Program-made: the position numbers and the translations under genes | The notes under the pieces: model-generated | Databases searched by the model: none | Told to the model about the DNA's origin: nothing | What the model saw: the letters and a program-made list of their open reading frames with translations, nothing else | In this document: piece after piece, positions 13,683 through 26,580 of the stretch | Layout of the letters: every line of letters starts with the position of its first letter | Numbering within the stretch: the stretch's first letter is position 1 | Assembly: GCA_905178155.1 (NCBI GenBank) | Contig: CAJINV010000005.1 | Location: 6,803,223-6,867,222, forward strand | Direction: 5' to 3' | Source: Amoebophrya sp. A120 | Lineage: Eukaryota; Protista; Dinoflagellata | DNA length: 64,000 nucleotides

Positions 13683-15360
13683 TTTAGATTCAGTTTGAAA
13701 TCAATAGTAGGGACAGAGGCAGTATTCACTTCAACATCAGCCTCGTCTCAGGGAGAAAGAACCGAATGTTGAAGAAGCTCGCACCGCCTCTCAGGCGCGC
13801 GGAAAACGAAAGAGCAGGTAGTTATAGTTGCGCAAGATTCCTATTCTTTGAACTCGTGATGTATGACAAAAATTTAGTTGTCGTGCAACCTTGTTGGGAG
13901 GCGGAGGAACAAAAAATTTACCACGGAAAACAACAGGTCCTCCTACAGACAGTTGTGGACAACGAGGATCATGATCGCGACGTGGCTGCGCCATGACGAA
14001 CGTAATTTCTCAAACGCGACGGGAGTGCTGCGCTTATGTCCACGCGGTCTTAAGGTAGGATTAGTGTACTAGTAGTAGCAACTTCGCTCTCGAATGAAGA
14101 TGAATTGTTTGAATGTCCATGCACTGGTGGTCGCTCTTGACGGCAACAGCAGTCTCCAAGATTCACTTTCCGTCTTCTCCAGGTAACCATCTGTGCTAGC
14201 ACAGAGGATCCGCGCCGTTTTATTGGCGCATCGTACGTCTACCTACTTGAAGCGCGCAAGACGACAACAAGCGACGGCTACTTCATTACACTCCTGTGGT
14301 GGACACGAGGAATAGAAACGAAATAAAAGTGCTTGCTGAAGAGGGACGGACGAAGGGGATCTAAACGTAGACAAAGGTCCTTTTTTCGTTGAGTTTCTGT
14401 GTGCATTTTGGAGGTCTTACCGCACTAAATGGTGACTGACGGGCTCGGAGCAGCAAAAATGCTTAGGTGACGTAGTACTATCAGAATTACTGTCAATATC
14501 TCCATTCTACTCAACACACACAGGTACTCGGGCAATCCAACAGCGAGGACGCAATTTAAGGAAGGAGTACCGCAATCGATGATCCGAGTATAGTGAATCG
14601 GCGGACAATCTTCAGAAAAGTTTTTCTCGTAACTGTATTCAGTAGTACTGGACGCGAGGTTTCACTTCAATTCGCTTCGGTGTTTGCGGTTTGTCGCTCG
14701 ACGAGTCCTGGATAGGGCTCAGGAATAACCCATATTTTCAAAAGTTGTTCCAAGCACATCTTTTTTTTCATGTTATAAGTACTACTCCCAAACAAGGTCC
14801 CAAAAAGCAACATGATGAGAGATCCGGATCTTGCGGGAGAAGTACTATGTTACCATTGTCAGATGGCGGGCGGCAAAGTTGCGTGCGATGAAGTAGAATC
14901 CACCTGCTGAGGATCTTCATGATGACCTACTAGAAACTACGATTCGTTTCTTCGTATGAATTTGGCCTCTCAGGATTATATCGAGATCCAATACAACTAC
15001 AAGAAGCAACCGCGACGTCTTCTTCTTCTTCGAGATGATCCTTTGTTTGGAACAATATTAAGGACAAGTCAACAAAGCCACCGAAGGCAAAAGCCACAGC
15101 ATGAAGATCTCGACCGACAGCGATTTGTGGATAAAGATCATACTCGTAGTACAAGTCCGGGGTAGTTCATCAAGTTGTGCAGTCCAGCAGAAAGATGTCA
15201 AACTTTACAAATTTGTAAAGCGATCTTTTGCAGCAGCAGCGCACGAGGAGGACGCTTTTGAGCTTGATCCCGCCGACACCTCAAGACAGTAGAGCTCTTT
15301 CTCCTCTAAGTACGTTGGTTTAGCTCTTTTGGTTGATTAGAAAAGTCCTGAAGTTTTACT

Positions 15361-17684
15361 AGGTAGGGTTTAAGTTTACCAATCCAGATCTTGTCGTGCA
15401 CTTTCTGCTTGTGCGACGCCGGCAAGCACTCTGCCGTCATTGTTCGCGACGACTCCCTCGAGATCATACTCGCATCGAGGAAGCAAGAGCAGCGCGGCGT
15501 GAAGCTCTCCCGCGGTTGCTTCTGCGGGGGGCACGACGTGTTCTCCGACTATTGCCCCGTTCACGTAATCGGGAAGTTTGTGGAGGAAGTGCAGCCGGGC
15601 GGCCGGTTGTTCCCGAGCTGCTCGTATGTCGGCACTTTGCAATACCTCCGCGACGCCTTCGCCAGTCTCGGCCTCCAGGCACATGGAAAGCCCGGGACAC
15701 AGTCCCTGCGCCGGGGGGCGCTTCAGACAATGGAATCGGTTAACCCCAACGCGGCCCAGTTGCTGTCGTTGGGGGATTGGTCGTCGTCGGCCATACAGGA
15801 ATACAGGGACCTGCGACGGTCCGAGGCCATCGCGGTCCAGAACACCTTTCTCCCGGTGGCCCGGGAAGGCGAAAGTGACTCCGACTCCGAAGCCGGTGCA
15901 CCGGCAGGCGCCGGTGAAGGCGATACAGCCGCGGGCGACCCACTGGCAAATGCCGGGGTCCCGCCCGTTCCGAATTGATCTCAAGGCGTTTGCTCGAGCT
16001 CTCTCGCGGCTCCACCGACCTAAGCAAGGTGCCCGCACCTGTTCTACGCGTTCTTGATACAAAATCACCCCGTGCGCTCGCACGGTGTACCCAATGCAGC
16101 TCTTCTCGAGCTTTTAGTGCGCGCTGTTGCGCATAGGACAGCTCGCAGCTGTCGTTCCTCTCGCAGCCCGTAGTTGCTGCTCCCTCGCGCGACCCGCTTT
16201 CAGAGCGAGATTTGTGTTCGCGCGCTGAACGCGTCTGTGCGGGATCTCCATGCGAGGTCATCGACCACGTGCACACCGAGTCGTGTGTCAGCTCGTGTGA
16301 ACTTTTAGCCTTATCGATTGAGAAAGAAAATTAAGGTAGGGTTTAAGTTTACCAATCCAGATCTTGTCGTGCACTATCTGCTTGTGCGCATATATGGATC
16401 TGGTTCGATAGAGTTGTAGGAGGATGATGAAACTTCGTCGATTCATGTTGGCGTATCGTGGTTACCTGCGTTAGCGCCTGTGGTTCGATTGGCTAAGGAC
16501 AACAAAAACTGAGCAAAACAGATACTAACATCCGGGGGCAAATGAAGGGATGTGGTATAGCAGTTTCTCGACGCATTGATAAAATACCTCCCCGGATGCC
16601 CCTGGATGACTCAATTCATTTCTCAATCAAAAAATAGCACCCTGCTTCGATTTTTTCCCCCCGAATTCAATAGCAGTCACTTTTCTGTATTTTCTTTCTA
16701 AGAGCAGTAGTTTCGTATATCCCTCTGTAAGTACTTCATAGTGGGTGCTATATCGGCGGAAGGTTGGGGATTCCGGCTCTGCCGTTGGCATGTTTTTGAA
16801 TTCATAAGATTTTTCCTCTTCTTTGCAATTGGTAGCGAGGGGCTTCAAGGGGGTGGAAAGTGACGGACGAACCTTGAGAATTTCAATATCAAGGGTGAAG
16901 AGAAGAAGCATCTTATGCCCCTTCTCTTCGGAAGATATAGAGGTCGCACTTTGATAACGAAAGCAGAGGATGACCCCTAGTCCCGAAATTTCCGCTACCA
17001 TGGGCATTATTTGTTGAAAAGCAGTCACGTGTCTTCAATTTGCAGGTGCCTTGCGCGCTACCTCTAGAGATAATTTCCGTCTCCTCTAATCAGATTTTGT
17101 CTCTGAAGAGGGCAGAAAGAAGACTAGCTACGCTGGCGAGAGATCCTAACTCGTCATGATTGCTCTTTCCAAAAATGTCCGCCACTGTCGTTCCTCGCTG
17201 ATGATCATGCCTTCCAAACCCCTTTTTTTATTCAGCGAAAAGCTTTGTTTTGGGCTAGTCAGCTTGGGCGACAGGGCACAAGGAGACAGGTACAGTGACA
17301 CAGCCGCCAAGACATAGCAGAGGCCAATGGAGTCGAAGACAAAATCAGTCTCTTGGGTGCCCGCTTTCTTCGCGTAGCAAGATCGTGCGCACCCTGGCTG
17401 TGTCTTCCCAAGCGTGACGCGGTGGAGCGACTACGTACCAACGAGGACGAGGAGCCTTGGCTTGCTAAAACATCATTGCGGATGGCCCCGCATTGATGTC
17501 GGACAAGTCCCGAAGACGCATGTTGATCACATTGAACCGCGGTGGAGGAGGAGATGAGCAGAGACCTATCTTAATCCTCCTTGAGCACTAGGATCTGCGC
17601 TACTTCTCTTTGCTTATGGTTTATAGCGGATCTCATACAAAAAAAATCCAGATCTTGTCGTGCACTTTCTGCTTGTGCGCATAT
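15361..17684 (+). repeat. Three copies of a direct repeat: 15361-15415, 16334-16393 and 17645-17684
   Basis: aggtagggtttaagtttaccaatccagatcttgtcgtgcact(t/a)tctgcttgtgcg. Copies 1 and 2 share 55 nt; copies 2 and 3 share 40 nt; one mismatch each. Confidence 0.95.
15391..15978 (+). pseudogene. Tyrosine recombinase catalytic C-terminal fragment (DIRS/Crypton-like eukaryotic YR)
   Basis: LASRKQ (catalytic K), CPVHVI, TQSLRRGA (HxxR box with H>Q), LGDWSSSAIQEY (W and catalytic Y). No ATG start and no box-I Arg. Confidence 0.8.
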
Positions 17685-18175
17685 TGGTGCAAGTTTGCCG
17701 TTTCCCTGTGACGGTGTGGACCGCTCTGACTACCAGGCGCTTTCTTCCGCTCCGTAGTTGTAAGCACTTAAGTACTTATTTTTGGCCAAAATAAAGGCAT
17801 TTTTGGATTCCATTTTACGTCCTTGTGAAGTACGAACAGCAACAAGTTCTTGCACGTCGGAGAAAACAAAAATGTGGGGGCAACATCATCCGCTGCAACA
17901 ATTTCACCGTGCTTTTGGCCGAGCGACGGGCGTGGCTACAAAAGTGAACAATGTTACTACATGTTCTTTCAAGGCTGGGAGAATCCCGCGAAGGACCCAT
18001 AGCAGCGCTGTGAATTGACCCGGACGCAAAGGATTGGAGTTGAAAAATGACGAACCTAGTGTCTACCATTGAAAGTAAATTTATAAAAGTTTTCAGATTG
18101 GAAGCAGCTAGGCTCTGCCTTTATATATTGCCACAAAAATTTACAAGTAGGAGTTAGCTTATACTTGGAACATGT

Positions 18176-18879
18176 GCACAGAACCAAGACTGTATGGGCA
18201 TAACCGTTTTCGCCATGGTTGTTAAGGTTGCATATGCTTTAGGCGGTATTAGGGAGGGGCGACACACTTTCAAAACAACTATCTACTTTTATTTTTTGGC
18301 GCGCCTTGTGCCCGCCGCGATTGTCTATTAAAGTTTACCTTTGACTATTTCTGCTCGGAAGATGTAGTTTAGACGATAAGCGTTTTTCTATTTGTGGACC
18401 GAAGTAGGACGCGTGGAGGTGTAACAGGGCATGAACTATGGCGGAATGAGATATGCTATCTCGGACTACCAAAAGTTCAAACCCTGGGCCGATCCTCTGA
18501 GTGACTTCCTTCCCGCAAATCTTTAGACTGTTTGATCCCGAACCCAGCACAAACAAGCACGAGAATAAGGATTAAGCGCAAGATCTAGAGCGAATACCCA
18601 AACAAATTGCACACCCAACCACAACACACGCGCTGAAGATCTACCACGCTGAAAACACTCTCTACACCTGAATGAGGGCGGGCGTGATGAATGTAGTGGC
18701 AACCTTTTTCGATTTTTTACAGGCTACGGGATCGATCGTTGAGCTAGGTGCTTTCTCTATAAACATCTTATGACGATTAAATGAATTCCCGCTATGTCAA
18801 TTTCGCTTTTAGTCCATCACACAGCACGCACAGAACCAAGACCGTAAGGGCATAATCGTGTTTGGAATGGTTGTTAAGG
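18176..18879 (+). repeat. Degenerate 52-bp direct repeat (18176-18227 and 18828-18879)
   Basis: 45/52 identical by manual alignment. Confidence 0.85.
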
Positions 18880-19084
18880 ATGCGTGAAAAAACATGATGA
18901 CTGAACGTGAAAGCCGATGCGGTAGTAGGCAGCTCTCGGCGAGGTTTTACGAGTGAAGCAAAAAACAAAAAAGTAGGAACACAGCCAGCCAGCGAAACGA
19001 AAGCAGGGCGCAGCAGACACGAAGAGTGTTCGCCCAAGAATGATCATGGCCCGGAAATGAGAAGGAAAGTGTGATGAAAGGATA

Positions 19085-22000
19085 ATGTGTAATGCGACTC
19101 GTGAAAAGAGTTTCAATACCGTAGTCAAAGTTCTCACATTGTTCCTAAGCATTTTTGTGCCGGAGTTTTCACAAGCCTTCTCGTTAGCGAGAAGAATCTC
19201 GCTGCACGCAAGACGAGGAGGACAGTCGAAGTGGCCGCGGGAGCCAGATCTACTGCAACTTCATGAAGCTGCTGCACCTGCTAGTACAACTTCTAGTTCG
19301 CCGGACGCCAAGAGTGGTGCTCCTGGTGCCCCCTACTTCGTCACAAATAAAGAACCACTTCCGACGTCGTTCTTCGAAGACCAACAGCAGCAGATCATGG
19401 AGCAGCTGCTGGATTTTCTGCCGTTAGAGGTGTCCAACTTCCTTACCCTGAACGAGGTGAAAGAGTTGTGCAATGCGCTTCCGAGGAAGATGAAGATGAT
19501 CGAGACTTCTGTGGATGATGTGGCTGGTGAAGACCACAGAGATGAAGCAGTAGTAGAGGGTCACTGCACGACACATGACAGTCATTCCAGGACAACTACG
19601 AATATTAAAACGAAAGACCAGGAGGTCTCGTCCTCTGACGTGATGGTCATCAACAGACTGCAACAGAAATTGCGAAAAGAAAGACTTTTTTACGAGAAAA
19701 ACGCCCTCGTCCGGCACCTCTTACTCGTCCAACACGACCCGGTCGCGGCGTTGCTTGGTGGGGACACGTATGGAATCCAAAGATGTCCGGGTCCTCTGGA
19801 AACCTGTGATGCTGCTTCTGAATGTCACAGAAGATCTGGCATGCAAGTCCTAGTATCAATACAGGTTTATTTGAGCAGGTTTCACAATGCCTAATTCGCG
19901 TGACAAATGCCGTCTTTGGGTGGCAAGAGATGAGCAACTTTTAATATTGCGGTCGATGCATGAGAGATTTTTGTCTGGTGTGAACAAACGCGCATCAGAA
20001 GTTTTTTTACATGTTTCCAGACCTTCTAGACATATTTGCAAAAATGCATAACACGGCGGAAAGACTGGCGGAAATGGAGCGGGAGAAGTTCGAAAAGCTA
20101 CGAAATCGCGAGAAGAATGCCGCGGAACGTGCTCTACGATTATGTCTTTTTACCAGAGAGGCCGAAAACGAAATCGGAAATGATCCTACACCGTTCATAA
20201 AACCATTTTTCCACGACGTGAATTGGTCTATCTTGTGCAAAAGTATCGTACTCGTACTAATTCTAATTGCTTTTATGCATTACAAATCTCTTTCTCAAGG
20301 CAAATCAGCATTTACAAATTCAATTTGTAATGCTGGGCCAATTTGTAATGCAGTTTATACTAGTACGATGCTTTTGCATTGCATATGGTTTTTCCTATAC
20401 CTGGAGGAAACGCTTAACCTCCTTCTCGAGCCGGAGGCACGTATTGAAGACCTGCGTCATCTATTTTACGTATCAAGTGCAAAAGTGTCTGGGTCTGATG
20501 AAAGGGTCGTGCAAGGTTTGTCGTGCTTGTCTGGCATGACGGAAATAAAGTCTGTATTTTTGCGTGTCCAAGAAGAGACCCTTTTGCTTGTCATGCAAAT
20601 AAAACGCAGTTGGTCATGCGGAAACAAAGGGAAAGCGCAACACTAAGCCCCGCAAAAAATATTTCTCATGCTTGGCTTTGCATTAATACAGACCATTCAC
20701 TGATTCACATTTCAGCATTACAAGTTTTCAGACCCAGACATATTGATTGCAAGGCATATCACGGCTCCTATCATGATTCTCTCGAGCGGCGACTTGAGGT
20801 TATGCATTGCAAAGGTATCGTACTCGTATTATTGCATTACAATTTTTCTCAGCATGAGAAGTAAAATTCGTAATGCGGATTTACCTTATGTAAAAGATTT
20901 GTAATGCATGACTGCAATTGAATTACTACGAGCGCGATACTTTTGCACTGCATACAGGTGGCGAAAGGGCAACTCCAACGGAGGGCCGAGTTGAAGCGGC
21001 GGCGAGTTTTGGCGAGGGATAAAAAAGTTCTTCTTCAGAATTATCCTATGAAAAAACGTCCCCCCCCAGAGTTGTCATGCAAATCTGCATGCTGAAAATG
21101 TTTCTCATGCGGAGCCCCATGAGAAGCATTTTCCAGTCGTGTATTGGAATTTGTCATGCTCCAATCAGCATGATATACTGGATCTGTGATGCTGCTGAGC
21201 TAGCTCAAACAGCACTACAATACGAGTCCAAATTTGTCATGCAAAACAGCCAGAGCTTGTGGATTTGTCTAGCCGAGTCCCCATCCTGACTATGGGGTAG
21301 GGACGTTTTTACATAGGATAAGAATAAGGAGAGGGAACGTACTGCCGGAGGTGCAGAGCTCAAAAGTCGACGCTCATTTTCGTGGAAGAACCAAGAGACG
21401 AACCTCCCGGGACGCGGCGTAGTACCACGAGAAGTGGAAGCAGTAGCAGATCAGCACCTTCTTCAGGGGGGAGACCACCTTCCGTCAGAAGGTAACGAAA
21501 TCGATTTCAGAGGTCGTACATCTGGCGCGACCAGAGGGAGTTGTAGTAGTTCTTACTCTCTCGTCGGTTCACACCCAGGAGGAGAAGCTGCCCGAGCTGA
21601 TGTCAATGTTCCCTTTCCCCCCGGCGACGAAAACAACTACCCTTTTCGTGTCGTCGCACAAGAGTTGATGCACCTTTGTCCGGGACTGCCGCTTGGCCAC
21701 GGATGCGAAAATAGAGCCGAATTGGACCTGCTGTTGGAGCAAAAAGAGCTGCTTCAGTTGCCCGGCGGACCTAGTACAACTACACAGCCGATGCTGGAAG
21801 GGTTTTGTCTGCCACGGATCACGTTGCTGCCCTGGACAGAATATCCAGTGCAAAAGTATCGCACTCGTAGTAATTGCAATTATGCATTGCAAATCTTTTT
21901 CCTAAGGTCAATCAGCATTACAAATGCTGAGGAAATTTGTAATGCAATTCATACTAGTACGATACTTTTGCAATGCATACAGAAATGTTAGTACAGCAGC

Positions 22001-24190
22001 CTGTAGATGATACAGATCGTAGTACTTGTGAAGGAGAACACGATCTGCTGGTGACGTCCGGAACAACACAACGAGACCATGATCTTCCTCCTTGTAGTAC
22101 CAGTTTTATTGGGCGGCGGCCCGCGCGTGGTGGACACGCTCGTCACACACACGAATATGTGACCGGCGAAATCGCGAGCAAGATACAGAGGTTGTGCCGC
22201 CGCGCGCGGGAGCTCGACCGGAACAGTTGCGCACGGATGCTGCAGCCGAGTGACTTCGTACGAGAAAAACAGTTTCTGCACGAGGTGAAGAATCAACAAT
22301 GGGTTCTTTCCGCTTGTTTATCAAATGTAAAAATGTCTGGGTCTGGAAGAATGCAAGTTTGTCATGGGTGTCTGGCATGACTCGAGAATCTGTGTTGCAT
22401 AGGCACGAAAAGGTCCTCTTACCTGTCATGCAAAAACGCAGTTTGTCATGCGGAATACGTAAGACATGGGAGCCAAAAAATTTGTCATGCGTAGCTGCGT
22501 ATTGCAGTCCGTCTACCATTCACTTTTAGCATCACAAGTTTCCAGACCCAGACACTTTTACACTTTATATTGTTTTCCGCTCGCCTTGCACGACTTTTTC
22601 GACGGGGTGCGGACGAGTCTCAGGCCTGTCGTGGATAGGAAAAATGAGTTCTTGTTCCCTGCGACGAGCAAGCATCATGGTGCTGGGATGACCGCACGCT
22701 TCAACGGGTCTGCATCTTCAACATCCACTTCGACCAGCGCAGGAGGCCGTGAGGATGAGCAACGTGATGATCGTCCCTCGAGTTCTTTGCTAGAACAGAT
22801 CCAGGCCTTGCTCGCATGGCAGCAGCCGCGGTCTTTTGCTACTACTAGTACAACACCAATCCCACGTCAGTCTTGGGAAGTGACCACGGAGGTATTTGAG
22901 CAAGGGCAGCCGGGTTACAGCCGACATCCGACGGGCGAGAACAAAGGTGAAAAAGTTGTCGTCCCACTGCAGAAAATTGATCTGCTGGTCGAGGACGTGC
23001 TGGTGTCACGAACCGCGACCAGAAATAGAACGACAAGCGACTACACCGCTGGCACTGGAAATCTTCATCCTCGTCGGAGGCAGCAGGATCATGCTGATCT
23101 TCTTGATGGTGCAGTTGAAGCAGGAGCAGAACGAAGTAAACACGACGATGCTTTCGATCTGCTCCGCACCAAGTTGCTCACCATGTTGCAGAAGCAGATC
23201 TGGCAGTCCAGTTTCCGCTTGAGAATGGAAGATCTCTCTGTTTCAGTCGACCACGAAACGCGGTCTGTGTTTTTACACGCGGATTACAAGCATCTACTCG
23301 AGCACCCACGACACGCTGCGCGGGATCATCATCATAATTCGCAGCCGAGACGACGACGACGACGACGAGCGGCGACCAGCAAAAATGGAGGATTATCTTC
23401 AGAAAACGAAATCGTGGACCACAGACCGTTTGAGTTAACCTACGAATTTCAATTAGAGGATTACGTCGGTAGTTTTCCTTCTACTGACGAACACCATGTT
23501 TTTGCGGAACGACAAGTAGAACGACGACCACGACATGCTGGTCATCTTCCGAGCAGCGTCCGCGGCCGAAACAGCAGAGTGGAAGATCATGATGAAAGAC
23601 GGAAGCAGAAAGAAATTGTGGAGGAATGCGCGAGGCGGAAAAAGCTGCGAGAAGAGGAGGGGGACTATGGAAGTTCTCAAACGTTATATTCTCAATTGTT
23701 ACACGAATTTTGTGATGCAAAAACAGCATATAGGGGAAGGGGCAAGCACAAGCTTGCAAGTCTCGCATCACAAATTTTGCGCAGATTTAGATGCTAACTA
23801 GCCCTTCGAGCATTTGTCATGCGAAGCAGCTTGATCGTCTAGCCCTAGCGGTAGCGGCTCAAGGTCATTTTGCATGAAGACAAATCATGTAACAGTTGAG
23901 AATGTAACATTTGAGAACGCCATAACGACTATGCGCGCAGCATTGCGGGGCGGTTGAAGTTCAAAAAGTTGGCGATTTCCATGGCGGTTGAAGAGAGTGA
24001 TTTGTCCTTGTCGAGGACAGCAAGTCGTGTAGGAGATGCGTCTACTGCTGAAGATCATGTGTCCACCGATCAGCAGGACCAGGTTTTCCACAGTGGTACA
24101 ACTGCTCGACGTGTGACCACAGGAGCGCCCTCAAGAGAAGCAAAATCCAGAAAGCTGTCTTTTCGAGTCAATTTTGAAGCACCGCAGTGA
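19085..24190 (+). CDS. Putative secreted hypothetical protein, family A (~1085 aa, 9 exons)
   Basis: Hydrophobic N-terminus (VVKVLTLFLSIFVPEFSQA). Removing eight introners gives a 3258-nt open frame. Homologous blocks shared with the 31774 gene. Confidence 0.82.
19769..20050. mobile_element. Introner F2, degenerate
   Basis: TAT...ATA ends, TSD acacg. Restores GDT|AER. Confidence 0.88.
20229..20385. mobile_element. Introner F1
   Basis: F1 TIR, TSD tggtc/tggtt. Confidence 0.88.
20471..20758. mobile_element. Introner F2
   Basis: tgtctgggtctg/cagacccagaca, TSD ttacg/tcacg. Confidence 0.88.
20801..20954. mobile_element. Introner F1, reverse orientation, GT-AG compatible
   Basis: F1 TIR, TSD gaggt/caggt. 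Confidence 0.9.
21042..21320. mobile_element. Introner, F6-like
   Basis: TIR tatcctatgaaaaaacgtccc/gggacgtttttacataggata, TSD agaat. Confidence 0.92.
21842..21979. mobile_element. Introner F1
   Basis: F1 TIR, TSD cagaa. Confidence 0.92.
22319..22569. mobile_element. Introner F2
   Basis: F2 TIR, TSD ttgtt. Confidence 0.92.
23666..23924. mobile_element. Introner F3
   Basis: F3 TIR, TSD gggac/acgac (3 of 5 match); frame restored. Confidence 0.85.
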
Positions 24191-24582
24191 TAGGATTGAT
24201 AAATTTGTAAGAAATCGAATTTCACCCCCGGCGATTTTCAAATGCAATTTCAAATCCAATCCACTTCACTTCGGGGGGTGGTGGTTGGCGGTGGCCTCTT
24301 CGCATGTGGCTCACTAGACCGGGGCAGGGAACGACGCAACGCTATGCACCACGGGCACGCGACTACCAAATGCCAGCGTGGACGCCAATCCGGGCAGGAG
24401 CACATGCCCACTAATCCACACCTATCGCTACACAAGAGCAGCGGCCACTGGCTCCACAACTGCGACCAGTCGCAGAAACGCGCTCGGCAAAAACTTGATG
24501 ATTGAAACTTCAAGAACGATGTTGTTGATCCCACAACTATACCTGGACTGAGAACTACTACCCGATCGTCTTTCCTTTTTGG

Positions 24583-25997
24583 TCAGATGTGGTGCGAATG
24601 GACGTATCTTCCTTTTTGGTCAGATGGATTCTGGCAGCTATGTGGTGCGAATGGACGAGGCGCGGCGGCGCCTCCGCAGGCAAGCGAAAAACAACCCGAA
24701 GCTGCTGAAATATTACAACCAGCTTCTGCGGGAATGCCCGAACAAAGACATCGCCAGGGGACTCGATACGGGTACTCTTTTTTGCATTCCGCTCGTGATT
24801 GACGCAAAATTTTGCTATTCCCACTTGATAAAATTCCAAGAATGAACAGGGGACGTATGCTGTTCATCTGAAAGACCTGAAGCAAACATGACCTGCCCTG
24901 TCCGCCCGGTAACAGTCTTCTGCTTCGCAATTCCCATGCCGGCAGCAGATAGCACCCGGACCAGCGGTAGGGTGAAGCTGGAGACGGTCGAGTGTGGACA
25001 GCCAGGATGTCGATGTCCTCATACCCGCGGCCGGACTTCCTGTGTGAGGTATAGTAGTGGTAATTTTGGTGTTTAGTTTTTATTAGGTATTCACATGAAG
25101 GGCGTTGTATCATTTTGGTCCTTTTTGCCCGTACCGGCAAACCGTCGCACATTTTACAAAAAAAAGGCCTTGGGATGGTTTTCGCCTTCCATCCTGGGGC
25201 GAGGTCAAAGAGCCTATTGTTGGCATTATCTACAGCATGAAAAGCCGCAGCATGTTGCTGCGCAGCTTGCAGCAGAGGCTCACAAAATGAGCCGGAGCGT
25301 CGTAGTACCTGTTCGTGCAGCCATATTGGCCCCGGTATTTCCCTCGAACTTTGCGCCACTTGCTGGTTTTCTCCTGAATGCGGAACTGCTTCTGAACTCC
25401 CCTAAATTTGAAACTCAGGTGTGTGTCCACGCTGCCGAACTCGACCGGAGAAGACACTAGCTGGCCGCCAGCCACCTCAACTTTGTCCCGCAGGGCCTGT
25501 CGCATACGAAGCTCCACCAGCTGGTTCTTATTTGACGCAAATCGGTCCGCCATGCCGCCCAGCGTCATGCTGTTCGAGCTCCACAGCGCGCGAAGTTTTG
25601 CGACCGCGGCCTTCGGCCTGAACCACAAGGAGGGCTGTTGCAAATGGTCCAGGCTCCAGGTATCGAATTTGTGTATTTCAACTATCAGAATTTTGCTTTC
25701 TTCACGATGAATTCCAACCAAAGTCGTTCCATGGAGGTCTCGCCGGCACTTCTTGAGCTTATGCTTCAGAAAGCCAAGCCACGACTTCTTATTCGCCTCA
25801 GAGCACTTCACCTGGATGGGCAAGAATTTCGACTCTCTTGCCTTCCGCAGGCCCTTTGTAGCTGGTGACCTCGGTTTCGGGCAGATCGCTAGGTCTGCTG
25901 AAAGCTCATGCAGTCTCTCAACGTTGAAGTCCCGTCCCAATATGCCCAAAAGCCGCTGCATGCCGCGCGCTTCCACCTCTCGGGGTGTCGTTCCCAT
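24583..25997 (-). CDS. Putative tandem PD-(D/E)XK endonuclease with one predicted GT-AG intron (25040-25308); 3' end uncertain
   Basis: Motif set 1: EVE...ADLAIC...PIQVKCS. Motif set 2: LVE...SVDTHL...RIQEKTS. The splice AG|GTAC...CACAG|G joins in frame to GYEDIDILAVH...CYLLPAWEL, which resembles the I-Ssp6803I-type nuclease C-terminal strands. Confidence 0.62.
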
Positions 25998-26562
25998 GTT
26001 TTTCTCTAAAAGTGTCTAAAGAGTGCTGAGAATCTAGCTTACAGAGGGCAAGTTTTGTAAGTATATGAGTGGCCTGGTGTGTAGCCGGAGGCTTTGGTTG
26101 GTCACGGATAAATCGATGTCTTTTTCCAGTAGGGGCACTGTATTTTGATTGAGAGTTACTAGAGCCATACAACCAACAGTCACAGGTGCCGCTTGCTGAT
26201 CTCGTGGCCAATGCCTACACTTCCATCTTCTTGGCCTAGATTGGACGGATGGTGGGATGGCTGCTCCGGCTTGCGGATGGACGACCATTTTTTCGAGGTG
26301 GTGCAACAAGGCATGGTCTACGTCACTTCTACCACTTTCTGTTCTCGCGAGTGCTGCAGGAGAGATCTGCTTCCCATCCAGAACAACAGACGCTGGCGGT
26401 GCCTCAAGGGCCGGTGATGTTTGTCAGCTCATGGTCCACGGAAGCGGACAGACCTTGTAGTTTTCAATTTTCGGAACGACTGATGCTTAACTAGCTAGTT
26501 TAGTGTGTGGAGATTGGTAGATCTCGGGGCGTCTTCGTGTGCCGGTTCCAGGTAAGACGTAT

Positions 26563-26580
26563 GTAGCCATTTTGGTCGAG
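26563..26580 (+). other. Possible relic dinoflagellate spliced leader
   Basis: GTAGCCATTTTGG-TCGAG versus DinoSL CCGTAGCCATTTTGGCTCAAG; 13-nt exact core. Confidence 0.45.

Noticed and set aside
14930-15292. Possible degraded gene fragment
   Set aside because: Short frames with stops and no supportable homology.
15364-15372. TAGGGTTTA telomere-like motif
   Set aside because: Barely more than one repeat unit.
15391-15978. Tyrosine recombinase as the introner mobiliser
   Set aside because: It is truncated, and TIRs with a 5-bp TSD fit DDE-type chemistry rather than YR recombination; nothing in the sequence links them.
15361-17684. CRISPR-like array
   Set aside because: Only three unequal repeats, spacers of about 1 kb, no cas genes, and a eukaryotic context.
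23851-23863. gtagcggctcaag resembling DinoSL
   Set aside because: Lacks the CCATTTT core and lies within an introner; likely chance.
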